NCBI GenBank assembly: GCA_964384365.1
Contig: CAYLKF010000002.1
Coordinates: forward strand, 98,840 to 162,839
Length of the DNA: 64,000 nt
Direction of reading: 5' to 3'
Origin: an uncultured Pseudomonadota bacterium
Lineage (GTDB): Bacteria > UBA10199 > JADFYH01
This document shows positions 29,072 to 38,217 of the stretch, piece after piece (position 1 is the stretch's first letter; the number at the start of each line of letters is the position of its first letter). The translations under genes were made by a program, and so were the position numbers. Below the pieces are notes generated by a model. It had not been told where the DNA came from and did not search any database. It worked only from the letters and a program-made list of their open reading frames with translations.

Positions 29072-29968
29072 TTAGAATAATTTCTCGCGGGCAGATTCGG
29101 TGATCGCAAGCACTCCTGGGTGTTTAATTTTTCTATCCATTGTAACGGCATAGAATTTTTCGCTTATTTCTTTGGTTTTCCCTACGAGTACTAAATCATA
29201 TTGGTTGATAATTTCTCTTTCTAAAACAGAGGGCGCTGCAAAAAAACCTTTGCTGCTTTGGCCAAACACCTTCATTAGAGCGCTGTCGTCAAACTCTGCA
29301 GTGAATTGCGGATAAATTTTTTTTTCTTCAAACCATTGTTCTAGATTTTTTCTAAGCAAATTCATTTTTCCGGGGAGTAGAAAGGGGGCTTGGTGTAGGC
29401 ATTTTGGAAATTTTGAAGAATAATTCTTACGAATTTTTTTTGAGCAGAAAAAACTGACTCCACACTCACCTAAAAGATGATTAAAAGCTTTCATCGGAAA
29501 ATTGGGGGGTAGGGGAATCTCCGAAAGAACAAGATCAATCTCATGTTTTATAAGCGAATCAATTAAATTATTAAAATGATCTTCTTTAGAAACAAGATAA
29601 AGAAACTCGATTTTTCTGAATGCAGGTTCGATCAGTTGATGGGCAATGAGTTTTGGCAAGGAGTTTGTGATTCCTACGATCAAATTAAGATTTCTCCCAC
29701 TGGGCTTGCCCCTGAGTGTTTCTTTCATTTCTTTTCCTAAAAGAAAAATCTCCTCGCAATATTTTAATGCAATCTTTCCAGATTCGGTTAGGCGGATATT
29801 TCTCCCCACTTTTTCAAACAGCTTTTCACCGATATTTTTTTCGAGGCATTTGATTTGAAAGCTGATCGTTGATTGTGAAAGGCGCATTTTTTCTGCTGCT
29901 CTTGAAATGCCTCCTTCTGTAGCAACAAGGTAAAAATAAAAGAGATGATTATAGTTTTGCCATTCCAT
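29072..29968 (-). CDS. LysR-family transcriptional regulator
   Basis: N-terminal HTH HLFYFYLVATEGGISRAAEKMRLSQSTISFQIKCLE; 298 aa. Confidence 0.8.
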   Translation of the reverse strand: MEWQNYNHLFYFYLVATEGGISRAAEKMRLSQSTISFQIKCLEKNIGEKLFEKVGRNIRLTESGKIALKYCEEIFLLGKEMKETLRGKPSGRNLNLIVGITNSLPKLIAHQLIEPAFRKIEFLYLVSKEDHFNNLIDSLIKHEIDLVLSEIPLPPNFPMKAFNHLLGECGVSFFCSKKIRKNYSSKFPKCLHQAPFLLPGKMNLLRKNLEQWFEEKKIYPQFTAEFDDSALMKVFGQSSKGFFAAPSVLEREIINQYDLVLVGKTKEISEKFYAVTMDRKIKHPGVLAITESAREKLF

Positions 29969-30044
29969 AATTGTTCGATTTAATCGAAGTGTTATTGATT
30001 AATTATCTTATTTTTAAAATAAATAGAAAGTATATTATTTACTA

Positions 30045-30398
30045 ATGAAACCAATAAATTTAAAAGGAGAGTTTATGAGAATAAATATAAAGCAGTTTAA
30101 TCAATATTCAAATCACCTTTCCGAATATATTGAAAAAAGAGTTAGGTTTGCGTTGGGTCGTTTCGCGCAAGTTCTGCGAGAAGTAAAAATTAGTCTGAGG
30201 GATTTAAATGGTCCTAAAGGAGGTATAGATAAAAGTTGCAAGTTTATTATCCTATTAAAGGACAGGGTTCTTGTGCTGGAAAGTGTTGAAGAAGATTTTT
30301 ATAGAGCAGTCGATAGGGGAGTTGAGAGAGTGAGAAATGTGATTTCTCGGGAAATGAGGAAAAGAGTAAGTCTAAGGCATAAAATAATAACCATTTGA
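30045..30398 (+). CDS. hpf: Ribosome hibernation-promoting factor / RaiA family
   Basis: INIKQFNQYSN..L.EYIEKRV...L.RF fits the HPF/YfiA beta-alpha-beta-beta-beta-alpha pattern at about 100 aa. Confidence 0.65.
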   Translation: MKPINLKGEFMRINIKQFNQYSNHLSEYIEKRVRFALGRFAQVLREVKISLRDLNGPKGGIDKSCKFIILLKDRVLVLESVEEDFYRAVDRGVERVRNVISREMRKRVSLRHKIITI

Positions 30399-30417
30399 AG
30401 ATTGAGAGAGATAATTA

Positions 30418-31431
30418 ATGGAACAAATATATTTTTTCCCTTTTGAACAGTATTGGTGGTTTTATCTAGGATTTATTTTGTTTGTTGTAGGAATGCTCGT
30501 GTTAGATCTTGGTGTATTCCACCGCAAAGCGCATGTGGTTGGTATAAGAGAATCGGCATTGTGGTCAGTTGTATGGGTGGGGTTGGCGTTAACTTTTAAT
30601 TATCTTCTCTACCAATATGCTTTGTGGGAGTTTCCTCAAAAGGAACATTTAATTGCGATTCCTGGGTTTGACTCTGTGGAAGCCGCTCGCAAAGTAAGCC
30701 TCGAATTTCTCACTGGGTTTATTGTCGAAAAATCACTTGCGGTAGATAATATATTCATTTTCGTGATTGTATTCTCCTACTTTGCAATACCCCCTCAATA
30801 TCAACATCGCATTCTATTTTATGGGATTGTTGGTGCACTCTTATTCAGGACAATTTTTATCGCGATGGGTTCTGTGCTGATGCAGTATCAGGCAATTATA
30901 ATTCTATTCGGAGTATTTCTGATTCTCACAGGGTTGAAAATGTTCTTCACAAATAATCAGAAAATAGATCCTGAGAAAAATTTTGCGGTCCGGTTTCTGA
31001 AAAAAGTTGTTCGAATAACGCCCCAAATTGAAGGTGAAAAATTCTTCATTAGAAAAAATGGTTTGTTATTCGCTACCCCCTTATTCGTTTGTTTGGTTTT
31101 TATTGAGATTACCGATATCATTTTTGCCGTTGATTCTGTTCCCGCGATATTCGCCTTAACCAAAGAACCTTTCATTGTTTTTACCTCGAACATATTTGCT
31201 ATGTTGGGCTTAAGATCCCTCTATTTCATGCTAGCTGGCATTATAGATAAATTTTATTTGTTGAAATATGGTTTGGCTCTTGTGCTCATTTTCGTGGGGC
31301 TGAAAATGGCATGGTTAAATGACTGGTTCGGCGGAAAGTTTCCAATCCATTGGTCGTTGATGATTATTGGTTCAGTTATAGGAGTATCGGTGATCGCCTC
31401 TTTACTTATTCCTAAAAAAGAAACTCATTAG
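30418..31431 (+). CDS. TerC/Alx-family integral membrane protein
   Basis: Conserved TerC motifs EKSLAVDNIFIFVIVF and ITDIIFAVDSVPAIFALT. Confidence 0.8.
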   Translation: MEQIYFFPFEQYWWFYLGFILFVVGMLVLDLGVFHRKAHVVGIRESALWSVVWVGLALTFNYLLYQYALWEFPQKEHLIAIPGFDSVEAARKVSLEFLTGFIVEKSLAVDNIFIFVIVFSYFAIPPQYQHRILFYGIVGALLFRTIFIAMGSVLMQYQAIIILFGVFLILTGLKMFFTNNQKIDPEKNFAVRFLKKVVRITPQIEGEKFFIRKNGLLFATPLFVCLVFIEITDIIFAVDSVPAIFALTKEPFIVFTSNIFAMLGLRSLYFMLAGIIDKFYLLKYGLALVLIFVGLKMAWLNDWFGGKFPIHWSLMIIGSVIGVSVIASLLIPKKETH

Positions 31432-31790
31432 GTCGAGTTGTTAATTAAAAGCCTATGTTTGTTATTTCATTGGTTTTTGTGGTGGATGATCCTGATTTTG
31501 TTAAAAGAGTGTGTGATGGCATAGTTGTTTAGCAGATGCCCCAACCTAGAATAAAAAATAAAAAGTGATTTGCTAAATTTAGAGGCCAGAGGCTATACCC
31601 CCAAAGGGGCTTAGGGTCAGGGCTGGAGAAGATCGGCCACTAGCAAGGCGCGTGGTTTAAGTGAGGCCTTGGTTCTTCGATGAGGAAGCTGTGAGTAAGT
31701 TGCTGTTTTTGAAGTGATTTTAAATAATCCAGACTTGACGGATAAAAAATCTTTTAATAGGCCAAGTGACTCAAAATAAAGGAGAGATAT

Positions 31791-33050
31791 ATGTCAAAAG
31801 AACTTTATGAACTCGGGGAAATTCCCCCTTTAGGAGAAGTTCCTAAAAAGATGCACGCGCAAGTGATTCGCCCTTCGCGTTTCGGTGAACCTAAAACTGC
31901 TTTTCAAGCAGAAGTAATCGATGTGCCTGAAATTGGCGATGACGAAGTTTTGGTTTACGTGATGGCTGCCGGAATCAACTACAATAACGTTTGGGCTGCT
32001 TTAGGAATCCCGGTGAATGTGATTGGAGCCCGAAATAAAGCCGGCGAAAAAGAAGAATTTCACATTGGTGGCTCCGATGCGAGTGGTGTGATTTATAAAA
32101 TCGGAAAAAATGTAAAAAATGTGAAAGTGGGCGATGAGGTGGTCATCCACTGTGGAATGTGGGATATTCATGATCCTGCGATTAAGAATGGCACCGATCC
32201 CATGTATCTTCCTTCTTACCGAATTTGGGGTTACGAAAGTAACTGGGGAAGTTTTGCCCAGTTTACCAAAGTTCAGGCCCACCAATGCGTACCCAAACCT
32301 AAGCATTTAAGTTGGGAAGAATCCGCTGCATATATGTTGGTGGCGGCCACGGCTTATCGCATGCTCACACGTTGGAGAGAGCACGAAGTGCGCAAAGATG
32401 ATGTGGTGCTTGTTTGGGGAGGCGCCGGTGGTTTGGGTTCGATGGCCATTCAAATCTGTAAAGCCTTTGGTGCAAAAGCGATCGCGGTGGTTTCAGGCGA
32501 AGATAAAGTGGAATATTGCAAAAAATTAGGCGCGGTCGGTTGCATTGATCGCCGAAAATTCAACCATTGGGGAATGCTCCCGCACTGGAAAGATAACGAA
32601 AAGTATAATGCTTGGTTAAAAGGCGCCCGCGATTTTGGGAAAGCGATTTGGGATGTTTTGGGTGAGAAGAAAAGTCCTCGCATTGTTTTCGAACATCCCG
32701 GTGAAGATACCGTTCCAACCTCGATCTTTGTTTGCGATACCGGCGGTATGGTGGTGATTTGTGCAGGAACCACGGGCTATAATGCTACCGTGGACTTGCG
32801 CTATCTCTGGATGCGTCAAAAACGTTTACAAGGTTCTCATTTTGCCAACGATGATCAAGCTATTGGCGTGAATAATCTCGTTCTCGAAGGAAAGATTGAT
32901 CCTTGCCTTTCTCGGGTATGGGAATTTAAAGAAACGGGCGATGCCCATCAACTTATGCGCGAAAATAAACATCCGCACGGAAATATGTCGATCTTGGTGA
33001 ATGCCAAGAAAAAAGGCCTGAAAAACCTCGAAGAATCAAGGAAGGCTTAA
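31791..33050 (+). CDS. ccr: Crotonyl-CoA carboxylase/reductase family enoyl-CoA reductase
   Basis: 419 aa; N-terminus [28 protein letters not shown] and MDR-superfamily GGAGGLG NADPH motif typical of Ccr. Confidence 0.8.
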   Translation: MSKELYELGEIPPLGEVPKKMHAQVIRPSRFGEPKTAFQAEVIDVPEIGDDEVLVYVMAAGINYNNVWAALGIPVNVIGARNKAGEKEEFHIGGSDASGVIYKIGKNVKNVKVGDEVVIHCGMWDIHDPAIKNGTDPMYLPSYRIWGYESNWGSFAQFTKVQAHQCVPKPKHLSWEESAAYMLVAATAYRMLTRWREHEVRKDDVVLVWGGAGGLGSMAIQICKAFGAKAIAVVSGEDKVEYCKKLGAVGCIDRRKFNHWGMLPHWKDNEKYNAWLKGARDFGKAIWDVLGEKKSPRIVFEHPGEDTVPTSIFVCDTGGMVVICAGTTGYNATVDLRYLWMRQKRLQGSHFANDDQAIGVNNLVLEGKIDPCLSRVWEFKETGDAHQLMRENKHPHGNMSILVNAKKKGLKNLEESRKA

Positions 33051-33076
33051 AAAAACAAATCAGTTCAAACAAAAAA

Positions 33077-33103
33077 AGGCAGCGAAACGCTGCCTTTTTT
33101 ATT
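33077..33103 (+). terminator. Rho-independent terminator after ccr
   Basis: ggcagcg-aaa-cgctgcc stem-loop followed by a T8 tract. Confidence 0.8.
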
Positions 33104-33124
33104 GTAATTGCAGAGACTCTCTTT

Positions 33125-33481
33125 ATGAAAAAAATTCCCCTCTTCCTTTTTGCTTTAATGTTCTTTCTTCCTCAAATTTCTTTTTCTGCCAGCAGTTGTG
33201 GCTTAAGCCCTCAAGATTGGTGTCGGTCTGCACCGGGAGATATTTGTGGAAAGTATCGAGATAAAAGATCTTGCCAAGGTGATTTTCAGTGCGAGGCACT
33301 GCCTTATCGCGGCGAATCCATGGTAACCTGTCAAAAAGATGAAAGGGGATTTGCGAGCAATTGTCCGACGGTAGGTTGTCGCTTGCGATCGGAGCTCTTG
33401 CAAAAGAGTGATTGTGTATTTTACGAAATCCAATACGGGATTACGAAATGGGAGAATGAACGCTGTCGCTCTCGTTTTTAG
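33125..33481 (+). CDS. Small secreted cysteine-rich protein
   Basis: Signal peptide MKKIPLFLFALMFFLPQISFSA; about 12 Cys in the 96-aa mature part. Confidence 0.5.
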   Translation: MKKIPLFLFALMFFLPQISFSASSCGLSPQDWCRSAPGDICGKYRDKRSCQGDFQCEALPYRGESMVTCQKDERGFASNCPTVGCRLRSELLQKSDCVFYEIQYGITKWENERCRSRF

Positions 33482-33495
33482 AAAAGGATATTTTT

Positions 33496-34167
33496 ATGGA
33501 TCTTCTCTATTTTTATAGTCCTGGTACCTGCGCTTTGGGAGGCATGGTGGTTTTAGAGTGGCTGGGCTTGCCGTATCACCTTTGTAAGGTCGATCGTCCT
33601 TTGAGGGCCACAAAAGCCTTTAAAAAAATTAATCCTTGGGGAAAAGTTCCTGCCTTACAACACCGTGGGCAGTTGATTGCCGAAAGCAGTGCCATTGTTT
33701 TACATCTGCTTCAGCAAAAACCGAAATCAAATTTTGCCCCTCAGGCTGGAGAAGTTAAATGGGATGAAATGAATCAGTGGTTTTCTTATTTAGCGAGTGG
33801 TTTTCATGCGGCGTTTTATCCTTATTATGCCCCGTTTCGATATATCCAAGATGCAGAACTCTATAAACCTGTGAAAGAAGCGGCGGTGGAGCAAATTAAA
33901 AATCATCTTCAATATGTAAACGTGCATCTTTCGAAGAACAAATGGGTTTTAGGTGATTCGAAAACGGCGCTTGATCCGTGTTTGTATGCCATGAGCCGTT
34001 GGGCCAATGGTTTTTTGAAGATGTCCGAAGAGTTTCCGGCCATTGCCCGGCACCAAAAAAATCTCGAGCAAGATCCAGCCCTCCAATTTGCACTCGCGTT
34101 GGAAAAAGAAGAGATTAAAGAGCCGAAGGGGAATTTTAAAGGTTTGGTGGATTTGGAGAAGATATAG
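33496..34167 (+). CDS. Glutathione S-transferase
   Basis: N-terminal thioredoxin-like GST domain (LLYFYSPGTCALG...WGKVPAL) and helical C-terminal domain. Confidence 0.75.
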   Translation: MDLLYFYSPGTCALGGMVVLEWLGLPYHLCKVDRPLRATKAFKKINPWGKVPALQHRGQLIAESSAIVLHLLQQKPKSNFAPQAGEVKWDEMNQWFSYLASGFHAAFYPYYAPFRYIQDAELYKPVKEAAVEQIKNHLQYVNVHLSKNKWVLGDSKTALDPCLYAMSRWANGFLKMSEEFPAIARHQKNLEQDPALQFALALEKEEIKEPKGNFKGLVDLEKI

Positions 34168-34306
34168 TTCTGAACAGGGTTTCTTCCGTTTGCGAAAAAA
34201 CGCGCCGTAAGGAAACCGTTCAGGAAAAGTGTTAACCGGCACTTGTCTAGAATCGATAGTTCGGCGCTTTTTCTTTCACTTCAGAAACCTTGTTCAGAGG
34301 CTCTTA

Positions 34307-34756
34307 TCACTTCTTTTGAGAGTAAATATTGTAAGTTCCGAGTGCCACGGCGATATCTTTTTTATCTTTCTCTTTTTCACGAAATACGTGGCATTCCATC
34401 ACCGCATGAGATTTTCCGAGGTATTTAATCTTGGCTTCTCCAAAAATGGTTTCTCCAAGTTTCACGGGCGAGATATAGTTGATCTTGAATTCAATGGTCG
34501 AGCATCGATCGCCTTTTTTAAGGCTTTTAAATAAGGCAGCTCCCATCGAAAAATCCACAAACGTCGAAAGTACCCCCCCATGAGTCATTCCCGAAGGGCT
34601 AATGTGTTTTTCTTCAATAGTGAGAGAAGTTTTTGCACGCCCCGAGCCTATTTCATCGACCCGATAACCAACCAACATTCCAAAGTTGTCGGGGTGGTTG
34701 AAAACGCCTTTGTAAGATTCGAAGAGGTTTTTCATTTTAGGCTTTGGTAGGATCAA
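34307..34756 (-). CDS. PaaI-family hotdog thioesterase (second copy)
   Basis: SPSGMTHGGVLSTFVDFSMGAA motif. Confidence 0.7.
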   Translation of the reverse strand: MILPKPKMKNLFESYKGVFNHPDNFGMLVGYRVDEIGSGRAKTSLTIEEKHISPSGMTHGGVLSTFVDFSMGAALFKSLKKGDRCSTIEFKINYISPVKLGETIFGEAKIKYLGKSHAVMECHVFREKEKDKKDIAVALGTYNIYSQKK

Positions 34757-35282
34757 GTGTTTTTAGAAAATTGGCCAAATCGTCGGCATGTTCTTCTTCC
34801 ATGGCTAAAATTCCTTCGAGCATGCGTCTGGTTGTGGGATCGTTGTTCCCCACATAGCGGATCATTTCACTGTAAGAATCGATCGCCACGCGTTCTGCAA
34901 CCAAATCTTCTTTGATCATATCAACCAGGCTTTCTCCTTCGACATATTCGGAGTGGCTGCGGCTTAAGAGTCCTTCTGGATTAAAATTGGGTTCTCCGTC
35001 GAGTTGGGTGATGCGTTCGGCGATAAGATCGGCATGGCCTTGTTCTTCATTAGCGTGTTGTAAAAATTCTTGGGCCACGGGCTCGGCGTGAATGCCTTGC
35101 GCCATGTAGAAATGGCGTTTGTAGCGTAACACGCAAACAATCTCGGTGGCCAAGGCTTCGTTTAAAAGTTTAATCACAGTTTTGCGATCGCCTTGATAAG
35201 CTTCGGTAACAGCTCCATTTTCAATATGTTTGCGGGCGCGGGCGCGAAGAGCTTTGATATCGGTTAAAAAGGGTTTTGCCAT
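34737..35282 (-). CDS. bfr: Bacterioferritin / ferritin-like di-iron protein
   Basis: Ferritin-like four-helix-bundle ligand pattern E...ExxH repeated (HANEEQGHADL, LAMEEEHADDL). Confidence 0.7.
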   Translation of the reverse strand: MAKPFLTDIKALRARARKHIENGAVTEAYQGDRKTVIKLLNEALATEIVCVLRYKRHFYMAQGIHAEPVAQEFLQHANEEQGHADLIAERITQLDGEPNFNPEGLLSRSHSEYVEGESLVDMIKEDLVAERVAIDSYSEMIRYVGNNDPTTRRMLEGILAMEEEHADDLANFLKTLDPTKA

Positions 35283-35296
35283 AAGGGTCTCCTTTA

Positions 35297-35899
35297 TTAT
35301 TTTAAGAGTTGAAGCAGTTGCTCCGAATGGGTTTTAGGATCAACTTTGCGCAATACTTTTTTTATTTTTCCTTCTTTATCGATCACGATGGTGTCACGGG
35401 CGGCATATTGTGCACCGCTTACCCCATAAGCCGCCGCAATTTTCTTATCGGAATCGACGAGGAGCGGAAAATTTAAGTGAAACTTTTCTTTGAACGCTTG
35501 ATGACTTTTCGCATCATCGAAACTTACGCCTAAGATTTGGGTTTCGGCATTCTGGAATTGATTTAAATTGTCGCGAAAATTACAGGCCTCGATGGTGCAG
35601 CCGGGTGTGTCGTCTTTTGGATAAAAATAGAGAATTACGTTTTTCTTTCCTTTAAAATCCGAAAGCTGCACGGTATTTCCTAATTCGTCTTTTGCGCTAA
35701 ATTCAGGGGCGGGACTTCCTTCTAATAATTCACTCATAAATTGCTCCTTTTCTTGAAAATAAAACCAAGCTAATAAGATTAACGAAAATGCAAAAACAAC
35801 CCAAAATCGTTTTTTTGGATACCGCGACTGTAGATCGCCAGGACCTTGAGCTTGGAGATTTTCTTTCATTAGGACAGGTGACTTGTTACCCACAAACAA
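35297..35899 (-). CDS. bcp: Bcp-type peroxiredoxin (AhpC/TSA family), possibly with N-terminal membrane anchor
   Basis: FYPKDDTPGCTIEAC peroxidatic/resolving Cys motif. The long ORF start overlaps the next gene; a downstream Met (MSELLEGSPAPEF, about 35737) would remove the overlap. Confidence 0.8.
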   Translation of the reverse strand: MFVGNKSPVLMKENLQAQGPGDLQSRYPKKRFWVVFAFSLILLAWFYFQEKEQFMSELLEGSPAPEFSAKDELGNTVQLSDFKGKKNVILYFYPKDDTPGCTIEACNFRDNLNQFQNAETQILGVSFDDAKSHQAFKEKFHLNFPLLVDSDKKIAAAYGVSGAQYAARDTIVIDKEGKIKKVLRKVDPKTHSEQLLQLLK

Positions 35900-36756
35900 T
35901 TCCTTCTCAGATTATCTCTCGGTGCAAAAAAGCCGATATCATCGTTACCAATAAATGTATTTTGAGTGAAAAAGAACTGGGCGCTTTACCTAATCTTCGA
36001 TTCATCGCCGTAACCGCGACAGGCTACAATAATATCGATGGGATTGCAGCAAAAAAGAAGGGAATTGGGCTAAGCAATGTGGCGGGTTATTCTACTTCGA
36101 CAGTTGTTGAACAGGCCCTCCTTTTTTTGCTCGCCTTTTCTCATCGTTTTCTCGAGCATCGTGAAGCCGCCTTCGGCCGCTGGAATCGTTCAAAGCTCTA
36201 TGCCATTCTCGATTATTCTTACTCGGAGCTCGATGGAAAAACTTTGGGAATTATCGGCTACGGAACGATTGGACGAAAGCTTGCAGGGCTTGCTCAAGCT
36301 TTAGGAATGCGGGTTTTGATTGCGAGGTTACCTGGGCGCAAATATTCTTCTTCGTTGAGGCGTCATTCCCTTCGAGAGGTTTTGGAAAAAAGCGATTATG
36401 TGAGTTTGCATACAGCCTTGCATGCGAATACTCACAAAATCATCAATGAAAAAAGCTTACGTTTTCTGAAACCCAGCGCTTATCTCTTGAATTTGAGTCG
36501 AGGTCCGCTTGTAGATGAAAAAGCAATTGCGAAAGCTTTGCTTCGAAACAAGTTGGCGGGTTATGCGAGTGATGTAATGGAGCAAGAGCCCCCTCCGCTA
36601 AAACATCCTTTTTGGAATTCAAAATTGAAAGATAAACTGATTTTGACTCCGCACATCGCCTGGGCCAGCCGTGAGGCACGGCAACGTTTGATGGATGAAG
36701 TTACAAAAAATATTGAGGCTTTTTTAAAAGGGAAGAAAAGGAATCGGGTGGTGTAG
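35788..36756 (+). CDS. D-isomer-specific 2-hydroxyacid dehydrogenase (glycerate/hydroxypyruvate reductase-like)
   Basis: NAD-binding GIIGYGTIGRKLAGLAQALGMRVL; catalytic R/E/H region LTPHIAWAS. Confidence 0.8.
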   Translation: MQKQPKIVFLDTATVDRQDLELGDFLSLGQVTCYPQTIPSQIISRCKKADIIVTNKCILSEKELGALPNLRFIAVTATGYNNIDGIAAKKKGIGLSNVAGYSTSTVVEQALLFLLAFSHRFLEHREAAFGRWNRSKLYAILDYSYSELDGKTLGIIGYGTIGRKLAGLAQALGMRVLIARLPGRKYSSSLRRHSLREVLEKSDYVSLHTALHANTHKIINEKSLRFLKPSAYLLNLSRGPLVDEKAIAKALLRNKLAGYASDVMEQEPPPLKHPFWNSKLKDKLILTPHIAWASREARQRLMDEVTKNIEAFLKGKKRNRVV

Positions 36757-36758
36757 CT

Positions 36759-37103
36759 TTATTCCCGAGTGGAGGCTTCGGCATGCGGCATGCTCAAGAT
36801 GGCCAAGAAGATTCCGTAATAAGCAATGGGAGTGACTACTCCCCAGTTAAACCGAAGTTGCAATAAGGGTTGAATCACTTGAATCACGATCATTCCAATG
36901 CAGGCAAATCGTAAAACGCGGCGAGCCCATTCTTGAAGTAATAAAAGGCCTAAACCGCCAATGAAGAAGATGAGATTGGTTCCATCGGCCAAAGTGATGG
37001 AGGTTTGAAACTTTGTTTGGACGATGATAAGAAGTTTTTCAGCAACGGGCTTACCGGAATAAAGTAGGAAAAAAAGTCCCATGGCGCGAAGTAAATAGGC
37101 CAT
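36759..37103 (-). CDS. Small membrane protein, hypothetical
   Basis: 114 aa, three predicted TM helices. Confidence 0.4.
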   Translation of the reverse strand: MAYLLRAMGLFFLLYSGKPVAEKLLIIVQTKFQTSITLADGTNLIFFIGGLGLLLLQEWARRVLRFACIGMIVIQVIQPLLQLRFNWGVVTPIAYYGIFLAILSMPHAEASTRE

Positions 37104-37287
37104 TTAAAATCCTTTCTTTTGTCGAAAACTGGAATTTGTGAGCACTTCTTCAGTTCGAGAAAAAACGCACCGTAGGGAAAATTTTTCAGAGAAATTAAAA
37201 AATTATAGAATTCAATAATTAAGAACTCGGTGCTTTTTCTCTTACTTCAGAAGTATTCACAAATTCTGAAATATTGAGGAATGAATT

Positions 37288-38217
37288 ATGATCGCATTTT
37301 TTACCCTGCTTTTCAATCTTCTGTTTGTTTTTTCTGTTTTTGCTCAAACCCCTTTGCAAAATTGCAAAGATGAAAGTTGTTTGAGGGCTGCGGTGCCTTA
37401 CAACTCAAAAACACCGCCCTCTGTGGAGTCTTGTAAAGCGTTAGACGGAAAAAAATCGCCCGGTGATTTTGATGAAGATTTGGGTGTTTTGTGCCGTTTG
37501 GTGATTAGTCGGGCAATCGCTTCGCAGCGAAGTGTGGAAGCTTGTTTGGCGAAAGAAGGTGATCCAAATCCCGATTGGGAGATGGATTTAGATCAAAAGG
37601 CCCTACTCCAATACTATAACAAAACTTTAAGAGAAGCAGCGCTCGCTAAAAAAGGAGTGGGGGCTTTATCGAGTACCAGTGGAGCCAATAACAGCACGAT
37701 TCATGGGAGCTATGTTTATGATCACCAATCGCGCGAAGAGGCTGGGGCCAAGCGAGAGGTTTCTTTTGCCACTTATTTTTGCATTACCGCTTCTCCTCAA
37801 AAACACTATACCCCCTATTTTTCGGTTTTGAAGGTTTCGGGAAAACCGGTGGAACAAAACTCGATTGCAAATCCTCCGAAAGCGGAGCCTGTTCTTTTTC
37901 AGCTTCCTAAAACCGATTTCGATGCGGCTTATGAATTTTATGATTTGAATGGTGATGGAAATAAAGACATCGTGATTTTAAATCGCGATATATTCGAAGG
38001 ATTTGGCTTAAGTGCTTGTTTGTATAAGGCGGGTCAGGCTTCTTGCCAGGAAGTAAAGTCTCCCGATTTTATAAAAGTGGATGAAATGTTTGCCAAAGGA
38101 AAATTAGAAATCAAATCTCCTCGAGAAATTAAGGTTCAATTCAGCAAAGATGGCAAAGTGCTTTCCGATGCGGTTTATGAATATTCGGGGAATAGTTTGA
38201 AGTTAAAGAAGCCCTAA
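37288..38217 (+). CDS. Secreted hypothetical protein with FG-GAP-like Ca-binding loop
   Basis: Signal peptide MIAFFTLLFNLLFVFSVFAQT; DLNGDGNKD loop; several Cys pairs. Confidence 0.5.
   Translation: MIAFFTLLFNLLFVFSVFAQTPLQNCKDESCLRAAVPYNSKTPPSVESCKALDGKKSPGDFDEDLGVLCRLVISRAIASQRSVEACLAKEGDPNPDWEMDLDQKALLQYYNKTLREAALAKKGVGALSSTSGANNSTIHGSYVYDHQSREEAGAKREVSFATYFCITASPQKHYTPYFSVLKVSGKPVEQNSIANPPKAEPVLFQLPKTDFDAAYEFYDLNGDGNKDIVILNRDIFEGFGLSACLYKAGQASCQEVKSPDFIKVDEMFAKGKLEIKSPREIKVQFSKDGKVLSDAVYEYSGNSLKLKKP

Noticed and set aside
29969-30060. Looked for a yybP-ykoY (Mn2+) riboswitch upstream of the TerC-family gene
   Set aside because: TerC is immediately preceded (20-nt gap) by the HPF gene, and the AT-rich region upstream of HPF lacks the conserved yybP-ykoY four-way-junction motifs.
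31432-31790. Checked the long intergenic region for RNase P RNA, tmRNA, SRP RNA and 6S RNA hallmarks
   Set aside because: None of the universally conserved motifs (e.g. RNase P GGAAAGUCCGGGCU, tmRNA 5' GGGGCUGAUUCUGGAUUCGAC or 3' tRNA-like end, SRP GGAA/AGCAGG domain IV) is present. It is retained only as a low-confidence structured-region finding.
35788-35899. 112-nt overlap between the Bcp peroxiredoxin ORF and the 2-hydroxyacid dehydrogenase ORF on opposite strands
   Set aside because: Probably an artefact of choosing the longest ORF. Bcp likely starts at the downstream Met (MSELLEGSPAPEF, about 35737), which removes the overlap. This is not a genuine overlapping-gene arrangement.
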